This document shows, in pieces, positions 17,117 to 30,329 of a stretch of 64,000 nucleotides of DNA. A program made the translations under genes and the position numbers. This DNA is from the human T2T-CHM13v2.0 reference genome, Homo sapiens, in NCBI RefSeq assembly GCF_009914755.1, contig NC_060942.1; one strand, 5' to 3'. Below the pieces are notes generated by a model. That model did no database searches. It was not told the origin of the DNA and was given only the letters and a program-made list of their open reading frames with translations. How positions within the stretch are numbered: position 1 is the stretch's first letter; every line of letters begins with the position of its first letter.

Positions 17117-17735
17117 TGGTCAGCCTTCACTATTCATGGATTCTGACTTGTGAATTCACCTACTCACTAAAACCTACTTGTTACTTCAAAGTCAACATGC
17201 ACAGCACTTTTGTGGTCATTCACGTGTGTGCACAAAGAGATGAAAATCACCCAAAATGCACATTCCCAGCTGAGATCAAACAAGGCAAAGCTCTGCTTTC
17301 TTGTGTCAGCTGACACTGTAAACAAGTTTCTTTTCCAATGTCCAGTTATTTAGTGCTGTTAATACATTCTTGTGCTTCTTATTGGAGATTTTTTTGTTTA
17401 AACACCCCCAGGTGTGGTGTGGGAGCTTTGTCTGGTGTCCCAAGTGCAAGAGACTGTGACCTGCCTCACAGAGAAAACCCATGTGTCGGAGAAGCTTCAT
17501 TCAAGTGTGAGTTCAGTGTTAATGCATCAGCAACAGATATTAACTAAAGTGTCATCAAACAGAAACACACATTATACAAGGTTGTATATGGATTTATGCA
17601 TAAAAACGCGGTGACCATAGGATCACAGGAACCTGACCCTCCACATCCCCTGGGAGCAATGGCTTTGTACTTGCCACCTGAGTGTTCCCAGTAACTTTAT
17701 AGAACACACCTACCATGCATAATGAGAATCAGTTT
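17117..17735 (+). mobile_element. MER82 (TcMar-Tigger) DNA transposon
   Basis: tattcatggattc...gaattcacctactcactaaaa...ttcccagctgagatcaaacaaggc...taatgagaatc matches recalled MER82. Confidence 0.8.
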
Positions 17736-17856
17736 TACTCTCTATTTGCTCACAGGCTTGTGAGCTTTCACAGAGTCAGAAAAGGTTCTCATTCGTCTTC
17801 ATATCCATAAAGCCCAGCGTTGTCAAGGGAGGCTGAGTCAAGTAAAGAGGTTTTTC

Positions 17857-17956
17857 CACACCTGTAATCCCAGCACTTTGGGCGGCTGAGGTGGGAGAAT
17901 GGCTTGAGCTCAGGAGTTTGAGGCCAGCCTGGGCAACATGGTGAAACCCCCCATCT
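17857..17956 (+). mobile_element. Alu left-arm/FLAM fragment
   Basis: cacacctgtaatcccagcactttggg...ttgagctcaggagtttgaggccagcctgggcaacatggtgaaacccc. Confidence 0.9.
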
Positions 17957-20559
17957 GGGGGTCTTTTCCCATCTTTCAATCCTGCACTCTTTGGGAGGAA
18001 TTAATTGTGTGCAGCCTATGCTTGGGGAGTGAAGTTCACTTCACTGAGGTCAAAATATCCACATAAATTGTTTGAAAATTTATTGGGGGGATTTGTCTAT
18101 TCTCCTCATTCATGTATTCAATCCTTTATTTATATATGAGTGGACTGTGGATATTTATTTTCTGCCATGGCTTATAACCCAACACTAGTTTATTCCATTT
18201 CTCACATTGTTATAGTCTTGTTCTTTGAGAATGCTTCCTACTGGTTTCAGTGTCTCTCTGGCATGGCCCAACATGCTGTTGTTTGTTTTTCTTTTATAGA
18301 ACTTCCTTCAGCTCATCTTGTATATTTCCTGCCCAGTTTTATAACCTGCTATTTCTCCAAAGAGCCTTGGATCGTTTACTGGAGAAGGGTGTTAGAACAA
18401 AGAGCAACCAAGAGCTGAGCATTAGGGGTGCTTTTTGCTACTGGGATGCCATTTCTTTTAGCCCCTCTCAGCTGACAGAGCAAGGAAATGTCTACCAAAC
18501 CCTGCAGATTCACGTACACTTATGTATACATACGTTTCTAGACCTATATATCCATATCCATGTGAAGCTAAGCATGAGTTCTGTATCTATGTAGCTGTAT
18601 CTATTTGAAGCTAAGCATGAGTTCATACTGATGTCTCCAACCCTAATCCAGGGCCACAAGCACCATGCCGGCCTCCTGCTGCTCCTACCTCAGCAGTGAG
18701 AAGCTGCTGCCAGGATCTGTCATCCGCGCATCTGATTGTCCAGTTCCAGCGCACCTGCATCCTGATTTCAGAGCTGCTAACCTGTACACCCATGAGAAAC
18801 AACCTCATCAGCTACTATGCCATGCTTGGACGCAGTTACCCATGTCTTTAGTCTCACAGACTAATATTCCGAAAGTCAGGTAGGTCAACATCATTTTTCT
18901 TCACTCCCTTTAGTGAGGTTGTTTCATTTATGTGTAATACACTTACACTTTTTTGTCAAATTTAGCATTCCTTCTTAGAATGGTTATTTTTTAATTTGCA
19001 TACATTAATGTTCACACTTGTACTTCATAATTTTGTGGGTTTTGACAAATGAGCAGTGTCATGAATCTACAGTCACAGTCTCAAGCAGACTATTTTTAAC
19101 ACCCTAAATATTTCATTTACATCCTATATCTGATCTCTCCTCCCTCTGAACCTCCAGAAACCACTGGTCCCATTATTCTCTGTAGTTCAGCCTTTTCAAA
19201 ATGTCATATAAATGAAATCACACATTTAGACTGGCTCATTCACTTAGCATGGTGTTTGAAGAGACATTCCTGTATTTTTGTGGCTTGCCAGCACATTACT
19301 TTTAGTCACTCTATGATATGGGTGTAATGATAGTTAGTTTATTCATTGAGAGGCATCTTCATTGGTGCCAGTTTGGGTTATTATGAATAAAGTTATCATA
19401 TTCATTTCTATACATGTTTTTCATGTGGGTATACATTTTCAAATCAGCTAGGTAAATCCACAGAGGCTCAAATCCTGTATCATACGGTAAGACTACGTTT
19501 AGCTTGGTTGAAAACTGCAAGCTGCTTCCCAGTGGCTGTGCCATTTTGTGTTTGCATCAGTTACACATAAGAGTCCCTGTTGCTTTGCACTCTCACCAGC
19601 GGTTAGTACCACCCACTTCCCAAATTTCAGCCATTCTGATGGGAGGGCAGTGGTGTCCTACTGTAGTTGTAGCTTTTATTTTTCCAAGGACACATGTTGT
19701 AAAGATCTTTTCTTACACTGATCATCCACGTGTCTTCTTTGCGCTTCATAAGTTTACCCATTTTTACATGGGTTTTTGTTTACTTATTGTTGAGTTTTAA
19801 ATGTTCTTTGAAAAATTGTAGATACAAGTCTTTTATTAGATATGTGTTTTGCAAATACTTTTTTCAGTTCCTTTGGATTTTCTTTTTATTCTCTTGTTTC
19901 TTTCACAGAGCAGAAGCTTTTAATCTTAATATATTCTAACTTAGGAATTTTTCTTTTATGGCTCATGCTTCTGGTGTTATATCTAGAAACTGACCACCAA
20001 ACAAAAGTCATCAGATTTTCTGTTTTTTTGAAGAAGTCTTGGAGTTTTGCATTTTATGTCTTAATCTATGATCCATTTTGAGTTAAATTTGGTGTAAGAT
20101 GTAGTCAGTGTGTAGGTTCAGCATGTGAATGTCCAATTATTCCAGCATTTTTTGCATGTGAATGTCCAATTATTCCAGCACCATTTGCTGAAAAGACTAT
20201 CATAGCTCAATGAATTGCCTTTGCACCTTTGTCAAAAATCACTTGCCTGTATTTGTGTAGGTTTGTCTCTGGGCATTTTATTCCTTCTTTTTGGTACATT
20301 TTTATTCTTTCATTGGTACCACACAATCTTGATTAGTGTAGCTTTATAGTAAGTCTTAAAGTCAGGTAATGTCATTTCTCCAGCTTTGTTATTTCTGGTT
20401 ATTTCTATTTAGTATTGTGTTGACTATTCTAGGATTTTTTCTTTTTTATGTAAATTTTGGCATCATTTTGTCAATATTGACAAAATAATTTATGGGAATT
20501 TAGATTTGATCCCAATGAATCTATAAATCAAATTGTAGATAATTTTCATCTTGACATTG

Positions 20560-22250
20560 TTTTTTAAAAACTGCTACATAAATGTGTATATTTTGGGGGG
20601 TACATGTGATATTTTGATACCTGTATAATGTGTAATGATCAAATCATGGTAATTGGGATATCAATCACCCTCAACATTTCTCTTTGTGTTGGGAGCACAA
20701 CAATTCTTCTGGCTATTTTGACATGTACAATAAATTATTGTTAGCTATAATTTCTCTACCATGCTAGTAAATACTAGAACTTATTCCTTCTCTCTAACTG
20801 TATTTTTGTGCCCCTTAACCAAATTCTCTCCATCCCTCCTTCTGCCTCCCACTCCCAGCCTCTAGTGACCACCGTTCTATTCTCTGCCCTTATGAGACCC
20901 ACTTTTTTAGCTCTCATAGTTGAGTGAGAACATGTAATATTGTGTCTTTCTGTGTCTAGCTTATTTTATTTAACATAATGATTTCCAGTTCCATCCATGT
21001 TGCTGCAAATGCCAGGATTTCATTTTTTATGGCTTAATAGTACTCCACTGTGTATACATGACACATTTTCTTTATCCATTCATCTGTCAATGGACATTTG
21101 GGTTGATTCCAAAACTTGGCTGTTAGGACTAGTGCTGCAATACACATGGCAGTGCAGACATCTGTTTGATATATTAATTTTATTTTCTTTTGTATACATA
21201 CACAGCAGGGGGATTGCTCGATCAAAGAGTAGTTCTATTTTTAGTATTTTAGGAATCTCCATACTGTTTTCCAGAGTGGCTCTTCTAATTTGCCTTCCCA
21301 CCCACAGTGTATGATCATTCCCCTTCCTATACATTCTTGCCTGTATTTATTATTCTTTGTCTTTGTGATAATAACCTTTTCAAATGCGGTGAGATGAAAT
21401 CTCACTATGGTTTTGATTTACATTTTCCTGATGATGGGTGATTTTGAGCCTCTGTCCATATACCTGTTGGCTACCATGTGTCTTCTTTTGAGAAATGTCT
21501 ATTCAGTTCTTTTGTCCATTTTTAAATCAGATTATTTGTTTCTTTGCTATTGAGTTGTTTGAGTTCCTTTTATATTCTGATTATTAATCCTTTGTAGGTA
21601 GTTTGTGAATGTTTTCTCGCATTCTGTAGACCAGTGGTATCCAGCCTCTTTGGCACTAAGGACTAGTTTCATTGAAGACAATTTTTCCATGGACTGTGGG
21701 GAGAGGGAACGATGGTTTGGGGATGAAACTGTTCCATCTCAGATCATCAGGCATTAGATTCTCATAAGGACCACTCAAGCTAGATCCCTGGAATGCACAG
21801 TTCACAATAGAGTTCATGATCCTTTGAGAATTTAATGCTGGCACTGATCTCATGGGGGGCAGAGGTCAGGTGGTAATGCTTACTCACCCACCACTCACCT
21901 CCTGCTGCGTGGCCCATGTCCTAACAGACCCTGGACTCATACTGGTCCACAGCCCAGGAACTGGGGACCTGTGCTGTAGACAACATTTTCTCTTTGCTGT
22001 GCAAAAGCTTTTTAGCTTGTTGCAATCCCATTTCTCTATTTTTGCTTTTGTTACCTGAGCTTCTGAGGTCTTACCCAAAAAATCCTTCCCCAGGCAATTA
22101 TCCTCAATGTTTCTTTTAGTAGTTTTATAGTTTCCCATCTTACATTTAGTCTTTAATCCATTTTGAGTTCATCTTTGTCTATGGTGAAGGAGAGAGATCT
22201 AGTTCTATTCTTCTGTGTATCGACATTCCATTTTTCCAGCACTATTTATT
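20560..22250 (-). mobile_element. L1MA-type 3' fragment nested in the older L1
   Basis: tttgggggtacatgtgatattttgatac...gagtgagaacatg...ccagttccatccatgttgctgcaaat: younger L1 3' end, itself split by MER1B. Confidence 0.8.
21632..21973 (+). mobile_element. MER1B (hAT-Charlie) MITE
   Basis: cagtggtatcc...tttggcac...gatcatcaggcattagattctcataagg...ggggacctgtg; perfect 8-bp TSD ctgtagac at 21624-21631 and 21974-21981. Confidence 0.93.
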
Positions 22251-23469
22251 AGAGTTGAGTCTTCCAGTCAATGAACACAGAATGTCTCTCTATTATTAAG
22301 ATATTTGTTGGTTTTAAATCACTGTATTATAGTTTTTCTCATAGAGATTCAGTACAGATTTTGTTAAATGTATAAATCTCTCTCCCTTTTCTTTCGATAC
22401 TATTACAAATAGTATTGGTTTTTTGTTTGTTTGTTTTGTTGTGTTTTTTTTTTTTTGTAATTTCAAATTCCACTTGCTCATTGCTTGGATCTAGAAAAGC
22501 CATTGTCTTTTGTGTGCCCGACATCTTGCTAGGCTCACTTATTCATTTCAGCAGTGTTTTGTGGTTTGTGGTTGTTGATTCTTTATGGTTTTCCATAGAG
22601 ATAATCATTTAATCTGTGAATAAAGGCTGCTTTATTTCTGCCTTTCCAAATTATGTACTTTTTATTTTGTTTTCTCAGCTGACTCTAGGTGAGAGTTCCA
22701 GCACAATGTTGAATGGGAATGGGGAGAGAGCCGAGAGCACGTTCCTTTCTGTTCCCAGTCTTAAGAGGAAAGCATTCAGCCTCTTACCATTTAGTGTAGT
22801 GTTAGTTGCATGTTTTCTGCATTTATCTTTTATTAAGGTAGCATATTTCCCATCTCTTCCTAGTTCCTTGAGAATTATTACTTGAGAATGAATAGCTGTT
22901 ATATTTTTCCTATGCCTTTCCTGCATCAATTGATATGATCGTATGTTTTCTCTTCTTTTGCCTGCTGATGTGGTACATTATGTTAATTGGTTTTTGGATG
23001 GTGAACCAGCCTTGAATACCAGAAATAAGTCCCACTTGATCATGGTGTATAAATCTTTTCATATCGTATTGGATTTCACTTGACATTTGCAGCTATGCTT
23101 CTGACAGATATTGATCTGTAGTTTTTTTTATTTATCTGGTTTTGATATTTGGGGGTCTCATAGAATAAAGAGGGAAGTGTTTATTCTGTTTCTACTTTCT
23201 GGAAGGAATTGTAAAGAACTGATATCACTCTTCCTGAATTGTTTGGTAGAACTCATTAGTAAATCATCATGGCTTGGTTCTTTCTTTCCTTGAAATAACT
23301 TTTGATTTTATTTTATAATAAATATAAGGCTATTCCTGTTATCTGTTTGTCCCAGTGTGAATTTTGGTAGTTGGTAGGTTTTTTTTTTAAAGAATTGATT
23401 CATATCATATTAGTTATCAAATTTGTGGGCATGAAGTTGTTTATATTATTCCTCTGTTATTCTTTATTC

Positions 23470-23520
23470 TTATTTTCTGAGGCAGGGTCTGTCACCCAGG
23501 ATGGAGTGCAGTGGCGTAGT
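23470..23520 (-). mobile_element. Very short Alu 3' fragment
   Basis: ttttctgaggcagggtctgtcacccaggatggagtgcagtggcg. Confidence 0.7.
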
Positions 23521-24042
23521 CCATGGGGTCACATGCAACGCTCTTATTTTCTGATATCAGCAATTTGTGTGTTCTCTCCCCTGCCCTCATGTTTCTAGGT
23601 TAGCCTGGTTTATCTTGTTTAAAAACCAACTTTAGTATTTTGTTTTCATTGACTGTCTCTTTTGTATTCTTGTTTTTAATTTTGTTGCTATCCGTTCTAA
23701 TGTTTATTATTTCCTTTTATTTGCTTAGCCTAATTGCTTTTCTGTATCTAGGTTTCTGAAGATAGATGCGCGTTTTATACATTGTAGATGTTTATTCTTT
23801 CCTACTATATTCATGGAATGCTATTTACCTTGATAATGAGTCTGGCTCTGGCTTTACCTGACACTTCCGCTGCTGCCCCAAAGCACAGGTGCTTCACGTC
23901 CGCATGCCCCTCCTCACTCCCCACCACCTCATGGCCTGACTGCATTCGATGTGCTTATCCATATGCAGCAAGCGCCCAATACATTGTTACCACTACTGCC
24001 TTAAGCAAACAGCTTTTAGATGAGTTAAGAATAAGAAAAATA

Positions 24043-24334
24043 GGCCAGGCACCATGGCTTACACCTGCAATCCCAGCACTTTGGGAGGCCAAGGCAGGGG
24101 GATCCCCTGAGGTCAGGAGTTGGAGACCAGCCTGACAAATATGGTGAAACCCTGTCTCTACTAAAAATACCAAAATTAGCTGGGCGTGGTGGCATACACC
24201 TGTAATCCCAGCTACTTGGGAGGCTGAGGCAGGAGAATTGCTTGAACAGGGAGGCGAAGTTTGCAGTGAGATGAGATGGAGCCACTGCACTCTAGTCTGG
24301 CAACAGAGCAAGACTCTGTCTAAAAAAAAAAAAA
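24043..24334 (+). mobile_element. AluS SINE with 16-bp TSD
   Basis: Full dimer; TSD aagaataagaaaaata at 24027-24042 and 24335-24350, tt|aaga endonuclease site. Confidence 0.98.
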
Positions 24335-24937
24335 AAGAATAAGAAAAATAACATGTTTTACTTCACCTTCATTTATTACTTCTCCAATGCTCTCCTTTTG
24401 TTTATGCAGATACAGGTTTCTGACCTCTATAATTTTCCCTCGGCTTGAAGATGCTTTGCTAGTGATTAATCACCCAAGTCCCTGTTTGGCAAGTTCCTTT
24501 CTCTCCTTCACTCCCTACAGAGAGTTCTGATGGATACACAATTCTAGGCTGATGGCATGTTTCTTTCAACACACTAAATATTTCACTTCATTTTCTCCTT
24601 TATTGCATAATTCCTAGTAAGAAGTTGGCTGTAATTCTTGTCTTTGTTCTTCTGCAGGTAATTTATTTTCCAAGATTTACTGTTTGTCACTGTTGTTCTA
24701 TAATTTTATATGATCTGTATTAATGCTGACTGGTCTCTTCTGAGGCACCTGGATCTGTGGTTCTGTGTCTGTCACTGATTTTGGAAAGTTCTAAACTACA
24801 GTTCTTTTCAGTATTTCTTCTGCTTTGCTTCCTCTACTTCCTCTTGATTCCAATAATGTGCCGTTGTCCCTGTGATGTTTTGGTTGTATATATATTGTTT
24901 TTGTTCATAATCCCAACAGTCCTTGTTACAGTCTTTT

Positions 24938-25715
24938 GTTATAATGTTTGGGTACTTTACGCCTCAGAAGCAGTCCTTGAGAAACAGTATTTCTGACCTT
25001 CTCCTTCTTCCTTTTACCTACCCAAGGCAAGACTCTAATCTGGTTGTGGGTCAGAAGAGGCTCATTCCAGAGATGGTCCTGCTCCACACTCTGGAGGAAG
25101 GTACAGTGCACAGAGACGCCAAGAAAAGTCTGAGCAGACAGGCCCTGTTGGGTTTAGATCATGGGCTTTTTGTCCAGGCACATTTCTACATGGTTGTCAA
25201 ACCTGCCTGTGTCATGAAGCCTCCACACAAACCCGAAAGGACACGGTTTAGGAAGCCTCTGGGTTGCTGAACACATGGAGTCTCCTAGAGGGTGATATCC
25301 AAGGATGGCATGGAAGTCCTCGGCATCTTCCCCACATCTTGCCCTACTTGTCTCTTCCTCTGCCTCTTTTGCAATATCCTTAAATAAACCAGTAAACACA
25401 GGTGTTTCCTTGAGATCTGTGAGCCACTCCAGCAAATTTTTCAAACCCAAAGCAGGGGTTATAGGAGCCCCAACTTGAATTCAATTGGAGGCCTGGACTT
25501 GTGACTGGTGGAAAGTGTGGGGCAGTCTTCCGGGACTGGGAGCTCAATGTGTGGGATCCGACATGCAGTTGGGGTCTGCTGAAGAATTGGTTGCTTGATT
25601 CCTGATGGGGAGAAATCTCCGCATATTTTGGGATGACAGAAGTCTTCTGTGTTGACTGTCGTTGTGTCAGCATGAGAGCAAACGGCAAACACGGCTTGAG
25701 TGTTTTTTGGAAACA
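24938..25715 (+). mobile_element. MER21-family ERV solo LTR
   Basis: gttgctgaacacatggag...aataaaccagtaaac...tttccttgagatctgtgagccactccagcaaa...gaattggttgcttg...ggggagaaa; boundaries approximate. Confidence 0.72.
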
Positions 25716-26035
25716 GCACCTTTCGATATCGTCTCATGGGACTTAAATTTCCATTCTGAGGTTTTCGTTTTTGTTTTTGATTTGCATTTTTGTTTGGGGA
25801 GTTTCTTCTTACCTGTCATCAAACTCAAACTCACTGATTCTTTTCTCGGCTGTGTGCAGTCTACTGATGTTTTCACAGTGTTTTTTTGTTTTATTTTGTT
25901 TTGTTTCATTATTATTTCTAGCATTTTATTTTGATTTTTTCTTAGACTCTTAAACATTTCTTTAAAAGGTTCATCTTTGAGATCTTATTTTGTAGAGCTG
26001 ATATGCTCCCCAATGTGATTTTAAATTACGTGACT

Positions 26036-26331
26036 GCTGGGTGCAGTGGCTCACACCTGTAATCCCAGCACTGTGGGAGGCTGAGGTGGGTGGATCACAA
26101 GGTCAGGAGATCGAGACTTTCCTGGCTAACACGGTGAAACCCCATCTCTACTAAAAATATGAAAAATTAGCCGGGCGTTGTGGTGGGCGCCTATAGTCCC
26201 AGCTACTCAGGAGGCCAAGGCAGGAGAATGGCATGAACCCAGGAGGCAGAGCTTGCAGTGAGCCGAGATCGCACCACTGCACTCCAGCCTGGGCAACAGA
26301 GCAAGACTCCATCTCAAAAAAAAAAAAAAAA
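26036..26331 (+). mobile_element. AluY SINE
   Basis: AluY diagnostics (gatcacaaggtcaggagatcgag, ggctaacacgg, agaatggcatgaaccc, gagcttgcagtg); TSD aaattacgtga(c/a)t. Confidence 0.96.
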
Positions 26332-26574
26332 ATTACGTGAATCATTCGTAGACACTTGCACCTTCATTCACACTCACTGTTGCCAATTTCTTTACTTGTC
26401 TGTCAATATTGCTCCAAACACTACTTCCTTTCTCTGATTCATTATAAGCAAAGCCCACTAACTGCTCCATGATTACATGACAGTTGTTCCACAGCTATAT
26501 AGTTGATGATTTTGAATTCAGCAGCAGGCTAATGTTATAGTTTTGAGACTATTTGGTGCTAAATCACTGGTGAA

Positions 26575-27720
26575 CAGCCATGCATCATTTAACCACGGGG
26601 ATGCAGTCTAAGAAATGCGTTATTAGGCAACTTTTTGTCATTGTGTGAGCATCGCAGAATGCACATACACAAACCTAGATGGTGCAGCCTACTACAAACA
26701 TAAGCTGTATGGCGTAGCCTGTTGCTGCCAGCCTACAGACATGCACAGCTGTTACTGTGCTGAATGCTGTGGGCAGCAGGAACACAATGGTATTTGTGGA
26801 CCAAACAGCTAAACATAGAAAAGGTACCGTAAAGCTATGATATAAAAGATTTTAAAAATGGTAAACTTGTTATAGGGCACTTAGCATGAGTGGAGTTTTC
26901 CAGAGTGGAAGCTGCTCTGGGTGAGTCATGAATGAGTGGTGAGTGAATGAGAAGGTCTTAGACATCACTGGACACTGCTGTAGCCTCTATAAACACTGCA
27001 CACTTAGGCTACACTACATTTTCTTTCTTCAATAATGAATTCACCTTAACTTACTGTAACTTTTTTACCTTATAAACTTTTTTTAAATTTTTTGGCTCTT
27101 TTGTAATAGCACAGCTTAAAACACAAACACATCATATAGCTCTGCAAAAATATTTTCTTTCTTTATATCCTATTCTATAGACTTTTTTCTATTCTTTAAT
27201 TTCATTTTTTACTTGTTAAACTTCTTGTTAAAACCTAAGACACAAGCAACACATTGGCCTAGGCCTACGCAGGGTCAGGATTATCAATATCACTGTCTTC
27301 CACCTCCACATCTTGTTCCACTGGAAGGTCTTCAGGGGCAGTACCATGCATGGAGCTGTCACCTCCTGTGACAACAATGCCTTCTTCTAGACACCTCCTG
27401 AAGGACCTGCCTGAGGCTGTTTTACAGTTAACTTTTTTTAAAAGTACAAATAATAATGAAAAGTACACTATAGTAAATACATAAACCAGTAACATAGTCA
27501 TTTATTATCATTATCAAGTATTATGTACTACACTTGTCTGTGCTAGATTTTTATATGATTGGCAGTGCAGTGGGTGTGTTTACATCAGTACCACCACAAA
27601 CATGTGACTCGTGTTATGCTACAACGGACATCCCTAGGTGATAGGAATATTTCAGCTCCATTACAATCTTATGGGACCACTGTCATATACGTGATAGGAA
27701 CATTATGTGGTGGTTGGCTG
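26575..27720 (+). mobile_element. Tigger3 (Tigger3b/Golem) non-autonomous DNA transposon
   Basis: cagccatgcatcatttaaccacgggg...acaaacctagatgg...tttcagctccattacaatcttatgggaccac...ggctg, about 1.15 kb with degenerate terminal inverted repeats. Confidence 0.88.
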
Positions 27721-27751
27721 TCTTCTTTTACAAAGAGTTTTATAGCACGTT

Positions 27752-28113
27752 CGCATTAGTCTGTTTTCACGGTGCTATAAAGAACTGCCTGAGACTGGGT
27801 AATTTATAAAGAAAGGAAGTTTAATTGGCTCACAGTTCCTCATGGTTGGGGAGGCCTCAGGAAACTTACAATTATGGCAGAAGGTGAAGCAACATGTCCT
27901 TCTTCACACGGCAGCAGGGAGAGAGAAGAGGGAAAGGAGAAGAGCCCCTTATAAAACCATCAGATCTTATGAGAACTCACTCACTATCATGAGAACAGCA
28001 TGGGGGAAACTGCCCTAGTGATCTAATCACTTACCACCAGGTCCCTTCCTCTACACATGTGGATTACAATTCAAGACGAGATTTGGGTGGGGACACAGAG
28101 CCAAACCATGTGA
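27752..28113 (-). mobile_element. THE1D/MSTA-like MaLR solo LTR
   Basis: cattagtctg...ggaggcctcaggaaacttaca...gggacacagagccaaaccat; TSD acgtt/atgtt. Confidence 0.9.
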
Positions 28114-28176
28114 ATGTTCTAACTGGTTAACTTAATACATAACATATACACAATTGGTTTATTTCTTCCTTAGAAG

Positions 28177-28642
28177 AGGCAGTGTAGACAGAGTCTAGGA
28201 ACCCCTGCTGTGGAGACAGAGGATCCTGAGTTTGAATCCAAGCCCCTCCATTTACCGACGGCATCCTACATGTGTGATGGCACCCTACGCAGGGTCAGGA
28301 TTATCAATATCACTGTCTTTCACCTCCACATTTTGTCCCACTGGAAGATCTTCAGGAGCAGTAACACGCATGGAGCTGTCACCTCCTGTGACAACAATGC
28401 CTTCTTCTGGACACCTCCTGAAGGACCTGCCTGAGGCTGTTTTATAGTTAACACACAGTTTACAGTGCCATCCACATCACAGCTGTTTCCCTCAGCATCC
28501 TCATCTTGGTCAATGATGGTGATAACAGCCCACATTTCAGGCTGATTAAGAAGAACAGGTCAGCTGGTGAAAATGCAGTGAAGTGTCACTGAAAACAGTG
28601 CCTGGCTCATAGTGAGTATTCGATATGTGCCATTTATTATTC
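28177..28642 (+). mobile_element. MIR SINE split by a copied Tigger3 segment (28284-28452)
   Basis: cctgagtttgaatcc...ccattta on the left; cctcagcatcctcatct...cagtgcctggctcatagtgag on the right. Confidence 0.7.
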
Positions 28643-29154
28643 ACACTCATTCAGAACAACCTAAACTAGGTCCAATTATTCAAATTTGCAAATACACTTG
28701 GAATGGTGGCCACTTGACTTCTTAACTCATCATAGTACCAGTATTGTAAAGATCATTTTATTTCTCCAACCTCACAATATTTTTGTTTGAAAAATGACGG
28801 GTTTTACTGATGTGTCACTGTGTCTTTCTGGGACTTACTGAAAAGGTACTCACATTCATGAGAGTTCCAGAGAGACTGTCATTACCTGTCTGAAACATTA
28901 TCTCCTAAAGTTAACATGCTGGCTTTCTAAAGACAACTTTAGGAATAACCACTAATACTGATGGGGTCAAAATCAAGGCTACCCTAAATAGCGTAATTCT
29001 TACCACTGAGGTTTGCACTTAACATCATTCCTGTAAATAATGGGTCTTTTGTGCTGTAGTGCAAACTAGATGAAAAACCGTCAACTATAACTTACACACA
29101 TCAAACCACATGAAATGATGTCCAGCAGTTTCTGATTTTATTGGTTTGCCTTAA

Positions 29155-29476
<322 letters not shown>

Positions 29477-29702
29477 TAAAATGTATGTAAATATGGAATA
29501 TAGCTGGTAATAGCATTAAGGGCTAAACTATTGGGAATATGAACACTGTCACAATAATGTATGTAGATTTAAGTTTCTAGTCACTTTGTTTTCTCTGAAG
29601 TGTTTCAGTTGATGAGAACAGAGAGTGTATGTGTTTACATTCCTTTCACAGCCCCTCAGCACCGAGCAGCACCTGCCACAAGTAGATTCCTCTTTGTTGC
29701 TG

Positions 29703-30019
29703 TTTATTTTTGTTTTTGTTTTTGTTTGGAGACACAGTCTTGCTGTGTCGCCCAAGCTGGAGTGCAGTAATGTGAGTGCGATCTTGGCTCACTGCAGCCT
29801 CAACCTCTGGGGCTCGAGTGATCCTCCCACCTCAGCCTCCCGAGTAGCTGGGACTCTGAGCACTCACTGCCACATCTGGCTAATTTTACTTTTATTTTAG
29901 GTAGAGACAGTGTTTCTCTGTGTTGCCCAGGCTTGTCTTGAACTCCTGGGCTGAAGCGACCGCCATGCCTCAATCTCCCAAAGTGCTGGGATTATAGGCA
30001 TAAGCCACTGCGACCAGCC
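29703..30019 (-). mobile_element. AluJ SINE
   Basis: gcagcctcaacctc, gatcctcccacctcagcc and aactcctgggctgaag are J diagnostics; (ttttg)n tail. Confidence 0.93.
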
Positions 30020-30023
30020 TTAG

Positions 30024-30329
<306 letters not shown>

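Larger units (their letters stand above)
17990..24900 (-). mobile_element. Old L1M (MC/MD-type) element, 3' UTR through ORF2/ORF1 relic, host to nested insertions
   Basis: Long T-rich antisense L1 text (ccagcaccatttgctgaaaagacta; cccacttgatcatggtgtata); many stops and frameshifts. Confidence 0.8.
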
